A stretch of DNA of 63,924 nucleotides, the filler included, from Rhabdomonas costata (taxonomy: Eukaryota), in the NCBI GenBank assembly GCA_019059605.1. It is 20 parts of 20 records of this genome, joined end to end, with 100 filler letters (N's around TTAATTAATTAA, not from the genome) between each part and the next. Parts side by side here need not be neighbours in the genome. Positions count along the whole stretch, not along the records: positions 51,216 to 54,311 come from JAHMHO010001392.1; positions 54,412 to 57,506 come from JAHMHO010001393.1; positions 57,607 to 60,699 come from JAHMHO010001394.1; positions 60,800 to 63,924 come from JAHMHO010001395.1; 16 more parts are not named here. One strand, written 5' to 3'. The notes beneath the pieces are model-generated. The model searched no databases. It was not told the DNA's origin and was given only the letters and a program-made list of their open reading frames with translations. This document shows positions 52,361-63,924 of this stretch, piece by piece (within the stretch, counting starts at the first letter, position 1; each line of letters opens with the position of its first letter). The position numbers were made by a program, and so were the translations under genes.

Positions 52361-54138
52361 CTAAAGCGGAGTGCTATAGAGCCTCAGAAGTTCCGTGCTG
52401 CGGAAGATACTGATCAGCTCCAGATACAGCTCCTCCTCCAGAACGAGATCCCCTTCCGAGCGGGCCAGCTTAATATCCTTAAAAAAGCCCCAGGAAAAAT
52501 CGGCACCCTTCTATGAAGAAGCATAAGACGCCCGTTCATCTGGTCGAATCTCATTCCACTTAATCACGAAGCCAGTGGGCGGAAAGGCGTGGTCAGCACA
52601 CCTGAACCAGGGTAATCAAGCGGCTGGGGTCCTTCATGTCTTGCAGAGGCACACGATAGGCCGAGCCGGTGAGAGCCCACCGAAGAATACGCGCCTGAAG
52701 CCCCAAACCCCCCCACTGCTACTCGCGCAGCCTAGTTCCTGTTCACGTCCCCGACATCCTTCGGGTTTCGTTCAGGAGGCAAGGGTAAAGGAATAGGGGC
52801 GAAAACTCTGGGGTCCGCCGGACAATCTTTTTCAAAACGTTGGAACATGACTGGAAGTCCGAGGTTCGAGGAATAGCCTTCACCCATAAAAAGAAATATC
52901 TTAGTCTCAGGAGGTTGTTCAGCAGCTCACCCTGTGCCCATTTGGCCAACTCGCCGAGAAGCAGGACGAATGGAATGCAAGCGCAAAGCACGAAAGTAGG
53001 AATTGAGAAGGAAGAGGGGAAAGCACCAGAACGGCAATGAAGGTCGAATAAAGGGTGACGATGCCGAAGGACTCCAGGATGCTGCCCCAGCCGCTGCCCG
53101 TGGGAACCATCGCGGAGACCACAGCCAGGAAGAACGGCCCCAGTGCAGTGGCGTTGCGCGCGCCCTCCAAAGAGTAATCCGGGCAGTGCGCGCCAGTGGT
53201 GAGGCAGTCCTGGCAGTACACACCCAACAACGCTTACTGGATGAATGGGGATGGGCACAGTTCATAGGAAAAACTCCTCTTCCCTTTTCCTGTCTCTCCA
53301 TCTGATTTCTGAGGCGTTAAGTGGCAGCTCGGAATAAACACACAGCCAAGATCAAAACGAGTCTCATCCCAGATCACAAGCAACCGCCAGAGAGGCGGTA
53401 GTTTTATTTGCCTGCTTTCTTACCATCCCAACACCTAATCTTTTCCTATCTTTGCCTGCACGCAAAGGCGCCAAGGCAGCCATTTTGGTAAACCTCAAAT
53501 CTCAAATCTCCGGCCCTGAGCTTTCAGCTTGGCTCTCACCATGCCTCAATTCGCTCCCGAATCAAGTGACGTGCACTCAGCCCCCCTCCCCGAACAGACC
53601 TTTTCGGCCGCATTGAGGCTTCCATCCGTCTCCCCAGTGCCGTTGGAGAAGAGCTGGCGGCACAGCAGCTCAGCCACAGGAAACTCCTCCATGTCCGCCT
53701 CAGCAGACCGCTCCACTTGGACCACAAGCTCGCAGTCTTGTAATGGCAGCACTGCGGGCTCGGCCGATGCAAGGCCACTGCCGCGTAAGCTGCTCAACTG
53801 TGTCTCGCAATGAACAGCAGAGCTCCCCGTCGAAGAGCCGTCCCCGGTGTTGGTGGTAGCGGTTAAGTCAAAGGGCACAATCGCAGAGGGGGTGTTGAAG
53901 TAGTACGGGTAGTACAGCTGGGGCAGGGGAATCCGCCGAGACACCACTGTCACACTGCCCTCCTCTTGCACCACTGTCAATGGGCTCAAAGGCGCGCTGT
54001 GGCGAAGTCTCTCAGCTGCGGGGGAAAACCCGTGCCCGCGAAGAGGCGCGAACCGGGGGTCTGTCAGAAGCTCTAGAAAGGCATTCCGAGTCTCTGGGCA
54101 GACCACGGGATAGTGCTGAAGCAGCTCAAAGCTCAGCC
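52361..54138 (-). CDS. PIEZO: Piezo-type mechanosensitive channel, C-terminal part (cap, inner helix, CTD); exons 54138-53600, 53209-53027, 52694-52602, 52477-52361
   Basis: Spliced 'SILESFGIVTLYSTFIAVL|ARILRWALTGSAYRVPLQDMKDPSRLITLVQ|DIKLARSEGDLVLEEELYLELISIFRSTELLRLYSTPL*' parallels the Piezo C-terminus (GI.GLY...V....KFVR ... DI.L.R...EL.LEEELY..LI..YRS.E). Confidence 0.88.
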
Positions 54139-54411
54139 CTTGCAAGGAGAAAAAGGTGGAAATGGCCACGACAAACAAACAGGACGACAAGCAACCCAAA
54201 CAATAAAAAAGAGGAGAGGCGAGTGCCACCAGAGAAAAGGGCCTCTCATTATTCACACCTGCCAACTGCCGTCAGGGCACGCGTTCCGCCCGCCCAGGCT
54301 CACAAAAAAAANNNNNNNNNNNNNNNNNNNNNNNNNNNNNNNNNNNNNNNNNNNNTTAATTAATTAANNNNNNNNNNNNNNNNNNNNNNNNNNNNNNNNN
54401 NNNNNNNNNNN

Positions 54412-57125
54412 TTTTGGTGTGCCCTGAAGAGCCTCCAAGAAAGCCTGAACCTGGGCAAAGGTAGGAGGCTTGGGAAGCATCGGGAACCCGAAGAGATCTT
54501 CCGCCTTCTGGAGATCGCCCATGGCCGCAAAACCCATCACATTTACTTGCGAAGAAATGGACTCCAAGGCAGAGGAAAGCTGGTCCTTCATTTCTGACCA
54601 TAAAGCAGGGTCGGACGCAGGAAGAATTACGACCAGGGAGAACTCCTCCTTCTCAGCCGAAGCAAACTCAGCAGCTGAACGAAACAGTTGGACCTGTGAG
54701 CTGAAGCTGAGGAACAGTTCTCGGAGGGAAGTTTCACGATCACGCAAGGCGTCCACCACTGCGACTGCTTTTGGAAGACACGGGACTTCAGGGGACGAAG
54801 TCGACGCTGCGGGCGGCGGGATGCGTAGGGGAAGGGTCACCCAGAAGTGGCAGCCCCGACCCTGGCCCTCACTTTGGACGCCAATCTCACCCCTCCACAA
54901 TTCGACAAGCTGTTTGCAGATGCTGAGGCCAAGCCCCGTGCCCCCGAACTGCCGCGTCGTGGACACGTCGGCCTGGCTGAAGGGTTTGAAAAGGTTCTCC
55001 TTCTGCTCGGTTGTGAGACCCAGCCCGGTGTCTCGCACATGGAACACAAGGAACTGGTCCACTCGACTGCCCCTTCGGGAATCCAGGCCCAAGCGCCGAG
55101 TCAGGGCAGGGTCCTCAGAGATGAGCCCCAGTTCAGGATCCGGACCATCGCAGAGACCCTCTGACGACCGCACGGCAACGTCGAACCCGAGTGATGGTGG
55201 CTTTCCAAAGGAGCACCGGTGCTCCAGCTGAAGGGTGATCAGTCCATGGGAAGTGAACTTGCTGGCATTATTCAGCAAGCTGCGTAAAGGAGCGGGTAAG
55301 AGACGAAGAGAAGATCAAGGTTTGCACTTTGAACTTCGGTCGCACGAAACAGACCATATTAAAACGAAGGAATGAGAAAAGGTATATTTTTGTGTCACGC
55401 GTTCATCAAAACCAAGTACAAACTGTGGCGGCGGGCACCAGACCTTGGAACTCTTCCGGAACCGCTTTTTACCCAGTTTTCCTATTAAAGACCCCCCGCA
55501 ACGGCTGCCGGATTATCGAAGATTTAAGTTACTGTGGTATCGGGCACGCTTCTCTCCCTCGAATGCCGTGGTTATTTTCACCCCCCCCCTTCGACCTTCA
55601 CCAAAATAACACGACCATTATTGGCATCTCATTGAACTTTTGTGGTTGACTTTCAAATAGGGCATGATACTTCTGACAAGGTGTTTGAAGAGTTGGAAGC
55701 GAGTATGTTCACTGGAAGCATACATTGTTCGTCCACTTCAACCATGACGCATCACCATCACCATCAGGAGGTTAGGGAAAGCAGAGAAGGGCATACTTGA
55801 TAAGAACCTGAGCAAGCCTTGTTTCGTCGCCCATCACCATCCGAGGCAGGGTGTGGGGTATTTCCACGACGTACTCAACAGGTCTTGAGCTGAGATCCCC
55901 TCGCAGCACGGCAACGGCACTCTCCACACACTTCCGGAGGTCAAACGGGCGTTGCTCCAGTGTCATCTTCGAGGCTTCCAATTTGGCAAAGGTCAGCACA
56001 TCATTCACGACGTTAAGAAGTGCATTGCCGCACAGCCCAATGGAAGAAGTCAACTGCCGCTGGGTGTGGTTCAAGGGCGTCAAGGCAAGAAGCTCAGCCA
56101 AGCCGATAATTCCCGTCAGCTGCATAAACAGCCAAACCAAGGGTGGAGACACTTGTTAGGTTGGGGTTGATGTATTTCCTCATCATCCGCATCGTTACGC
56201 GTTTGTCACTTTTGTCATGTTTTGTACTGAACGTTTAGCGGTGATAAACGAACAAATTGGTGGGAGTTCTGGCGATGTCATTTTGTAAAGCACTGTTCTG
56301 CACCTACCACTGTTAAGCAAATCGTTGATCCAAAAATGCGAATGATCAGATAAAGACACGACAGGTTGAAACCGGAAAGACAAAGCATACCGGAGAACGA
56401 ATTTCATGAGACATCCGGGCAACAAACGCCACACGAGCCTCGGCAGCCGCTCTGGCCCGGGCTTCCGCCACGCTTCTTTCGAAAATCTCCTTCCTCATCG
56501 TGTGCAGCATGTAAAACAGGGCAAATACGATGCAGGGCAGGCCCATCAAGCACTCCACGGCGTGCAAAATGACCAGTGCCTCGCGGTCAAACGAGAATCT
56601 CAGCGGGAGCCCCACCTCATACTCCACGATGGTCCAGCAGAAGAACGCGACCCAGGATAGGATCATCGACCAAATGGGAACGGTAAAGCTCTCGAACAGA
56701 ATCAAGCCCACAACAAAGTTGAACACGGCCACAACTCCTGCAAAGGAATTGTACTGGAAGCCCCCCATGGCGACCAGGGCCACGGGGACCTCGAACCACG
56801 TCACCACCATGAAGGTGATGCGGGGCCCACTCAGAGACTTAGTGCGGAAAAGAACAACCGCGCAGATGAAGTCCACAAAGATGCACGCAGAGAAGTAGCC
56901 GACAGCTAACAACGCTGCGGGAGAGAGCTCGAACAGCTGCGACCACCACGTCAGCAGTCCGACGCAGAACGGCCAGGGCATGCCGCCCATAACAAGGAAA
57001 AGGGCCAGCGAGAACTTCTGCCGGCGGATCGTGGAAGAGTCCCCATCCTCGCAAACAAGACCCTCCACCCAACACTGAAAGGAAGCGGCTTTCCGGGTCA
57101 CGATCTCCTCGAGGGTCTCTGCCAT
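54412..57125 (-). CDS. Membrane-bound hybrid sensor histidine kinase, 3'-truncated; exons 57125-56391, 56119-55797, 55279-54412
   Basis: About 6 hydrophobic N-terminal helices, H-box FVARMSHEIRSP|LTGIIG, 'GDETRLAQVLIN|LLNNASKFT' (N box), DTGLG (G1), LFKPFSQAD (F), GGTGLGLSI (G2), then a receiver-like segment. Confidence 0.93.
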
Positions 57126-57606
57126 CGTAATAGACAAGAGAAGAAGAGAAAGAAGCTGAATAACAGAGGTGGACGAGGTGGATAAGTAGATGCAAGGCAA
57201 AAGCCGTGAGCTCCGGAACAGGAATTATTGCACCCAGCAAACGATTAGGCTTGGCACTGCCCACCTTTGAAACATATGCCGTTGAACTCCGGTCGGAGAA
57301 TTCAACGCCGATGAACTTCCGAAAGAAAATTCACTGGAGCTTTAGGGCGACGCACACGGCTCTCGGTTGTGTTCGGTTCGGTTCGCAGGGATTGTCGGGC
57401 GTATTTATGTCCAATGCGATGCACAAAAACATATAAACAACACAAACCCAACCATTATGCAATCCAGGCGAGCATCATCCAAGCCACGAAGGAGCTGGAG
57501 TTTTCCNNNNNNNNNNNNNNNNNNNNNNNNNNNNNNNNNNNNNNNNNNNNTTAATTAATTAANNNNNNNNNNNNNNNNNNNNNNNNNNNNNNNNNNNNNN
57601 NNNNNN

Positions 57607-59050
57607 GTGTTGTGGTGTGCTGACGGTGCGTTGGTGGCTGGGGTCAATGTTGGGCATTGTGTTGATGGCTATGCATGCTAGTGGTTCTCTTCGATGTCCG
57701 GTTCCTGGGGTTTGCAATCTTGATTGTTGGATGCTATGGAAGGGCCAAAACCGGTTTCTGCGTGTATGTCTTCGGCTATCATGGGTTCTTGCGCTTGTAC
57801 GATTTTGGGTGGTGCTTAGGTTGAGGGTGTCACGGTGTCCTTGGTGTCGATGGTTGCTTCGTGTTCTTCGGCGTGTATTGGCTTACCCATGGTGTGTATT
57901 ACTTGTCCATCTGATGGTTTGGAGTGTGGATTGCATTCATGGTTGGTTGTGGAAGGTTTCGTGTGTATCGGGTGGGTAGGCATGATGAGTACTGTATTGG
58001 CATCTTCTAGCGCCATTCTTGTGTTGTCTCTGGCTATCCTTCTTGTTGCTAGATCTGTGGTTGGTGTGCATTCTGTGGGTGTTGGTGCATGTGTTCGTTG
58101 TACTACTGGTGTTGCGGTGACTGAAGGTGTTGCAGGTGCTGATGTGCTGCTACGGGTATTGTGCTGTGTGCTGGGGTTCTTATGCGTGTGTTATTCTTCT
58201 TATGGTAGTGTTAGGGTTAGGTTTACCAGTAGGAGTATGTGTGGTAGTAGTAGTAGTAGTGTGTGTGTCAGTAGTGGTGTCGTTGTTGTTGGTAGCCTTG
58301 GTGGTTGAATTGGTAGTGGAGTCGGAGTCGTAGGTGCTGATTCTGTAGGAGTAGGAGTAGGTGTGGGTAGTGGTGTCGTTTGGTGCGTTGGTTGCGGTAG
58401 GTCAGTGGGTGTGTGGTTGGTGTTGGAGTTGTTGGCTATCTGTGGTTGTAGTGTAGTCTGTGTGTCAGTGTGCTTGTAGTGTAGTGTAGTGGTGTTGGTG
58501 TCACTGTTGAGGGCGTAGGGCCAGTGTGTGCTTGTGTTGTGTCGTATTGTTCGTAGTGTTAGGGTTAGTGCTATCCGTGTGGTGGTCGAGGGTCTGTGTC
58601 TGGTGGTTGTGCTGCGTCTGTGCATGTGTACCATTTTTACCCATGTCACTCTGTTGCTTCTGTGTCTGTGGTTGTGGAGTAGTGTGCTTGTGTCGTAGTC
58701 TGTCTCACTATTGGTGTTGGCGTCGGATGGTGCGTGGTGTTGTTGGTTCCTGATGCCTTCTGTGGGTGGTGCTTGCTTGCTGTAGTGGTGCTGTAGTGTG
58801 TTCGTGTCTGATTGTTGGTGGTGTGTCAATGTATCGGAGGATTGAGGGTGCTGTGGTGGTTATGTGCTGTTGTTGTTGTCTTTGTTTCCTGAGTGCTGGT
58901 GGTGTGTCAGAGTTTATAGATGGTTTGTGTGTTAGCATGATGGATGTATGTGCGTAGGGAAGAATGAAGGGATGTTGGGGTTGGAGGCTGTCATGCATTG
59001 GATGGTTAAAGTGAGGGTTGACGCTGCGGATATGAGGGTGCCTGATGTTG
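57607..59050. repeat. Strand-biased G+T-rich low-complexity tract (decayed Thr/Pro-rich coding sequence on the minus strand)
   Basis: The plus strand is strongly depleted of A and C. Minus frames read PTPTPTPTESAPTTPTP etc. with scattered stops. Similar tracts lie at 16017-16600 and 22432-22900. Confidence 0.6.
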
Positions 59051-61021
59051 CTGATGCCTTGATGCCTTCTGTCGATGTTGCCTCTGATGCCGATACCTTG
59101 CTATGATGTTAAGTTGAGTCCCCCGAGCGCAATTCCTACGCAGAATTCAGTGACAACTACTCACATTCCCACTACAGAAGGAGGGATGTCAGAGCGAGGG
59201 GTTTCATATGGTAACCTGAGGCCAACATGCCGATTCCAACCCCTTACTCCTACTCCGATGCATTATGTAGGGATAATGCTGGTATTCCTGATGCAAGTGG
59301 TGATGTTGGTATTCCTGACGCTGAAGTTGGTGAGTTGAGAAGTGAGGGGTTAGAGTGATCATTCCTACCAGGTTTCTTTACCCTCTATGCATTCCTACCT
59401 GCGGTTCTGAACCCTCTACTACGGATGGCTCCCTCGCTACGCTCAGACCCATCCTTCGTGCTTACCCGAATGCATGAACCCTCAATGAAAGCGTAAGTGT
59501 ATGTTCTTTGCGTGGCTTTGCCAAAGACGGAACAAAAATGATGGAATCTGACGAAGGAAGAGGCCATCATCATAGTGGAGTGACAGGTGATGTTGATGCT
59601 TGTAGGGATGTCTTGGCTACGCTCATCCATTTCTCCACTGTTAATGTGTGGTAAGATGCTTGATGTCCACATGGCACTCACTGCGTTCGTACCATGGGGC
59701 CCCTGGGTTCTTGTGGGTCGTGAGGTCTCGTTGCTCCCTCACTCCCTAAATGTGATGGTTCATGCTACTCCACAGGACAATCAATAAACGGCTTTTTCCG
59801 ACCCCAACCGCACAACCCCAGACAATACACAAACCCATTTCACACCATCTCACTCCACGCAAATTCCAGCAATTATTTATATTTTTGTGGCCACCCTCCC
59901 TCCCTCCCCACGATTGCGAACCGTAAATGAGTTCACGCCTACTGCCCTTGTAGGAAACAGTGATAAGTGATGTTTGGCACACTACCTTTTGTGATGGGAA
60001 GGAAACGGAGGTTTCCGGAGGAAAGGTCCATTATGAGAGAAAAAAATAAAAAATCAAAAAAATGAAAAAAATAAAATTCCAAAAGATGAAAAAAGATAAA
60101 AAGTGTAAAATGTGACGTGAGAGATGCATGTAAGGTACCCTTTCATGGTACTATCCCCACGAACGCAATGAGTTGGCGCTTTTGTATTTGCTGGTTGTAT
60201 ACTCCCACTACGTGGTCGTATGCTCCCTAAATGTACTTGTTCGCTACGCTCCCCGACTGACTTCGGCACGCAGGCTCACTTACGGATACCTATTCCCATG
60301 ATGGTTTCTGCGTGGGACTCAAGGCCCATCATGTTCGTGATCGGCAGACACTCGTATATATCTCTGGCAAGGGTACACCAATACATTTTCGAGTCAATAG
60401 TTGGGCCAAAAATGCGTCCAACCATGTACGCTTGTCAGAAAGTAGACGTTCGGTGGTTTTTAATTACCAAAATTGTTCGCCATGACACGGGTGCAACAAG
60501 TAGATCCCAACGGATAGCCAAGATTGAGCGGCGATTCCTGGAAGTTCAATGGTATTTACGGCTGTGTGGAAGGCACTGCCCTGATGTTCTCGTGCGGATT
60601 CGCTCGGTAAAAAGTGGTTTTAGAAGTTTTGCCTGAGTTGCCGGTTGCATACAGGCAATTCGAGCGTTAGCAAAACACTCGCTATGTCGCAACAAACCCN
60701 NNNNNNNNNNNNNNNNNNNNNNNNNNNNNNNNNNNNNNNNNNNTTAATTAATTAANNNNNNNNNNNNNNNNNNNNNNNNNNNNNNNNNNNNNNNNNNNNG
60801 TGGAAAGGTGCTGAGAGGTGCATCACAGAAGCGAATGAGGTATATAGTGGGCGTTTTAAAGACGTTTAAGGACGTTTTAAGTTTGAATTCGTTGACTTCT
60901 ATTTGAGGTTGACGACCTTGGTCACGAAAGGCCTTTGCGATTGCAGCTCCATGTATGAGTCCAGAAAAACCCTGGTCAACGCTAAGGCCAACTCATAAAA
61001 ACCCTCGCCGCGCACGCTTAC

Positions 61022-61396
61022 CTCAAAAAGCCCATCGGGTGCCAAGTCCAATGAGCCAGCGGACAGTACACCAATATGTGCCACAGCGTGATAAACACGA
61101 GATACCTGTGCCAAGAAACACCAATTTTAAACAGCTACAGCCCGGCAGCACATAAAGGGGGGGATACAACAATGACATGCTTGCTCATACATTTGAGAGA
61201 AAGCTTTTTTTCACCTAAACTAACGTTCAGCCGAATTTAAAAGTGCAGAGACTGGAGCCAGAAATTCGAAAACTGAAACAGAAGAGAGCGGAAGTTTCCA
61301 AAATGCTCCCATAAAAGGAATTGCAATCCAAGGAGGGCAGGTCTTGCAAGCATGCCAACCTACCGAAACGCCGTGGGCACGCCAGAGAGCAAAAAT

Positions 61397-61435
<39 letters not shown>

Positions 61436-62808
61436 AGAATTCCGGCCCAGCACGGAAATTTCCTATGATATCTCTGAACCGAAAGGTCAGGTTCACTTCT
61501 TTGGTAGACTTTTGCGAATTCGAAGTGCCTTTGTAGGGCCCTTGAAAATGCGGCGAAGAGGCAATTAAAAAAACCCGGAAAGTACCCATGCCATTTTCCA
61601 CTTGACTTAGGGACAGCTGTGTTTTGCTGGTCCGGAGGCGACACAAGAAACAGAAGGGTGAAGCCGGCCGAACGACACCCAGGCAATCAATCTTGGTGCC
61701 CGCGGAAAGAAATTTCAATGAGGATGAAGAAAAGTGTTTGGGAGCCGCCGACACTGCTGCGACACTTTGCACGCGACCCTGGAAATCGCACTCGTTCAGC
61801 AAAGCTGCCCGTGATGAGGGCCGGCGTAATCACCGCAAACATGCACTGGTAGGTCGCGTACAAGGCAAGCGGGATGGTTGGAGCCAGGGCCGCGTTGACC
61901 TCGCACATATGAAAAGCGCAAATGAAAGGTGAACCAAAGAGTTTCGGAACAGAAAACTACCTCGCATCCTAAACTCCCCTTTCACCTCCTCAAAACACCT
62001 CTTCATGCCGTCCTCCTTCCATCCTTCTTTCCATGCTCACCACCTTTTCCCACCTTTTCTAGTCTTCCGCCCCACCTCTCTGTCCTTCCTACTCACATCT
62101 GTGCAACTGTTATTATTATTGTCCAAGATATCCCTGGTTTTCCCCTGGTTTCTCCCCGTCATCCATCCTTGCCTTCCTGTCTGCAAGCCATTGTCGGTCG
62201 AGTTTTTCCGAGGAAAGCTTTTTCAATCTAGAACTGTGTAAATCGTGCCAGTTGCCTTGTTTCATCGTGTGAACTGGTTGCCGTTCTTGATGTCTTCATC
62301 CTGCAAGCTCGGACACGGGCACCCCGCGTACGGGCATGCCCTTGTTTATTTCATGGTCCAAACACGTCAATTTGATATGACGATCCTCCATTCCAGCACA
62401 CATGGCAAAAAGGCAACACACACACGCATACCGAACCGCCGACATTATGGAACATCCAGTAAGTCGAAGGATCACCATAAAAGTGCCCAGCATCATTACC
62501 AAACGCGAGACTGAAGCCCACGACGACCCACACGACGCCAATGACACCTGAAAGCAGGAACGCATCACCAGCACACTTACCCAACGAAGCTTTTGCAGCA
62601 GCAACTGATGAACGGGGAACTGCACTTGAGAAGGGGAGGGGGACGCCCGCGCAATGGGAAAAGAAAAAGTTGGCGTGGATGGAGGATGAAACAGGTTATA
62701 TAGCTGGATACAGAAGGAAAAATCCACTCCACTTCAAGCATTGCAAACCCATGCATATCACATTCTGCAGCAGCGTGGAGACAATGTTGCGGCTGCCAAC
62801 TAAGCCAC
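61022..62808 (-). CDS. amt: Ammonium transporter (Amt/MEP family), internal part; exons 62808-62749, 62547-62432, 61899-61778, 61105-61022
   Basis: Spliced 'GGLVGSRNIVSTLLQN...WVVVGFSLAFG...YQCMFAVITPALITGSFAERVRFPG|YLVFITLWHILVYCPLAHWTWHPMGFL', including the conserved pore His in AHW. Confidence 0.93.
61400..61433. repeat. (AC)n microsatellite in an Amt intron
   Basis: Uninterrupted AC run. Other AC/GT runs occur at about 15832-15851, 22313-22331 and 51860-51892 (AC then TC). Confidence 0.95.
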
Positions 62809-63924
62809 CTGAAGCGCAAGTAGATATGGCGAGTCGGTTATTGCAATAACACTGAAGTACAAAAAGCAATCACCCCCCTTTTCCAGGGCTGTAAGAAAAA
62901 CCTGCTTTTTTTCATAAAAACAAAAACGCTTTTTATTGCCTTTTTTCCCTCGAGGACGCTCTTCCAGGATAAAGGAGACCAGAGGTCAACAACGTCGGGT
63001 CACGTCTCACAGACAAGGCTCGTTGACCCGCCGCACAACGCTTACCAAGCCAGCAACTTCTTGCTGACACACCGGTGCTTCAAGCCACGAAACCTCCGAC
63101 TCCTTAGTAGGACCCCCACTGCAGCCACTGCAACAACCCGACCACTCCAGTTTTATATCTTGGCTCAAACAACACCAGCTGTAACCAGACAGTGGCATCA
63201 CCAACGGTTCGGCGCTTCCGAGCTCGATCGGTCAAGGTTCGTTGGCAAACGCGACCGTGGGAGCATCCACAGTTGCAAATGCTATCGCTCCTTAAAACCC
63301 ATTTACAGACCCAACCCGTCCATTCCAAAAGCCTCCCGAGGCTGAGAATTTTTCACCTTTCTCAGATGGACCCGACAGAAGTCATTAAGTCATTAAAACG
63401 TGCATTTCACGATTCCATTCAAAAGAGCCCAACAACCCCACCATTGATCACACCGAAGCCTTTTTGACACGGTTACCTCTTTTGGATGTGGGGGACATAG
63501 AGGGGTAAGAGGAGAATTGGAGAAAGCGGGGACCCGAAAGAACTTGCAAGAATGAAAAGCTCTGCTCTTCATGGAGACTCAAAAATTCCTCTTTAATATT
63601 ATTCAACTATCGGACCGCTGTAGTGATGGTATCTGAACTTCGGATGACACTCGGGACTGCTGCAGGAGGAGGTGTCTTTCACCAGTAAACATGAGAAAAG
63701 TCAGTTCAAAAAAAAATCAGCCCAAATTGACATGCCAAAAGGGCAACAAATTTCAAAGCCAGTTGCACGCAGCAAGAAAACGTTCAACGGAGTAAGAAGT
63801 TTCTCTGCTAGCACTCCGCCATCTGATGTGACAGGATGCTTGAAAACTGGCCAGACAGCCAAAGGCGTGCAAGCGGGGCGGCGACCTCAGCTGAGATGAG
63901 AGGGGCAGCTCTCAAACCAAACCA

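Noticed and set aside
54470..55231. Long antisense ORFs in the track (e.g. 54470-55231 +, 33033-33407 +, 24057-24818 -) and ORFs running through N spacers
   Set aside because: They are shadows of GC-rich coding exons on the other strand, or artefacts of N translation, with no recognisable motifs.
3204..60699. Nearly every contig starts G/T-rich and ends A/C-rich over 10-30 nt
   Set aside because: Best explained by assembly breaks and degraded base calls at (CA)n or low-complexity tracts, not by a biological terminal motif.
54412..62808. Histidine kinase near an ammonium transporter as a nitrogen-sensing gene cluster (and any other cross-contig 'operon')
   Set aside because: The genes lie on different contigs joined by artificial spacers, so adjacency carries no information.

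Overview
This window is not a continuous locus. It is 20 unrelated fragments of about 3.1 kb, joined by 19 artificial 100-nt spacers (44 N + TTAATTAATTAA + 44 N), so nothing can be inferred from adjacency across a spacer. The DNA comes from an intron-rich eukaryote, probably a protist. A euglenozoan is possible from the splice-donor usage, but that is inference only. Exons were assembled by hand with consistent intron phases and give partial genes for two PDR/ABCG transporters, Las1, an IPT/EGF surface protein, an RRM protein, a 2-oxodicarboxylate-type mitochondrial carrier, a two-HMA (CxxC) metal-binding protein, tubulin cofactor B, the C-terminal pore region of a Piezo channel, a membrane-bound hybrid histidine kinase and an ammonium transporter. 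Accessory DNA includes an intronless, decayed ADP-ribosyltransferase-TPR gene and pogo-like and gag-like transposon remnants. There are also two dispersed repeat families, one ending in a highly conserved 99-nt block that can fold into nested stems, and a fold-back palindrome at a contig end. No rRNA, tRNA or CRISPR array was recognised. All calls are by eye, with no database searches.
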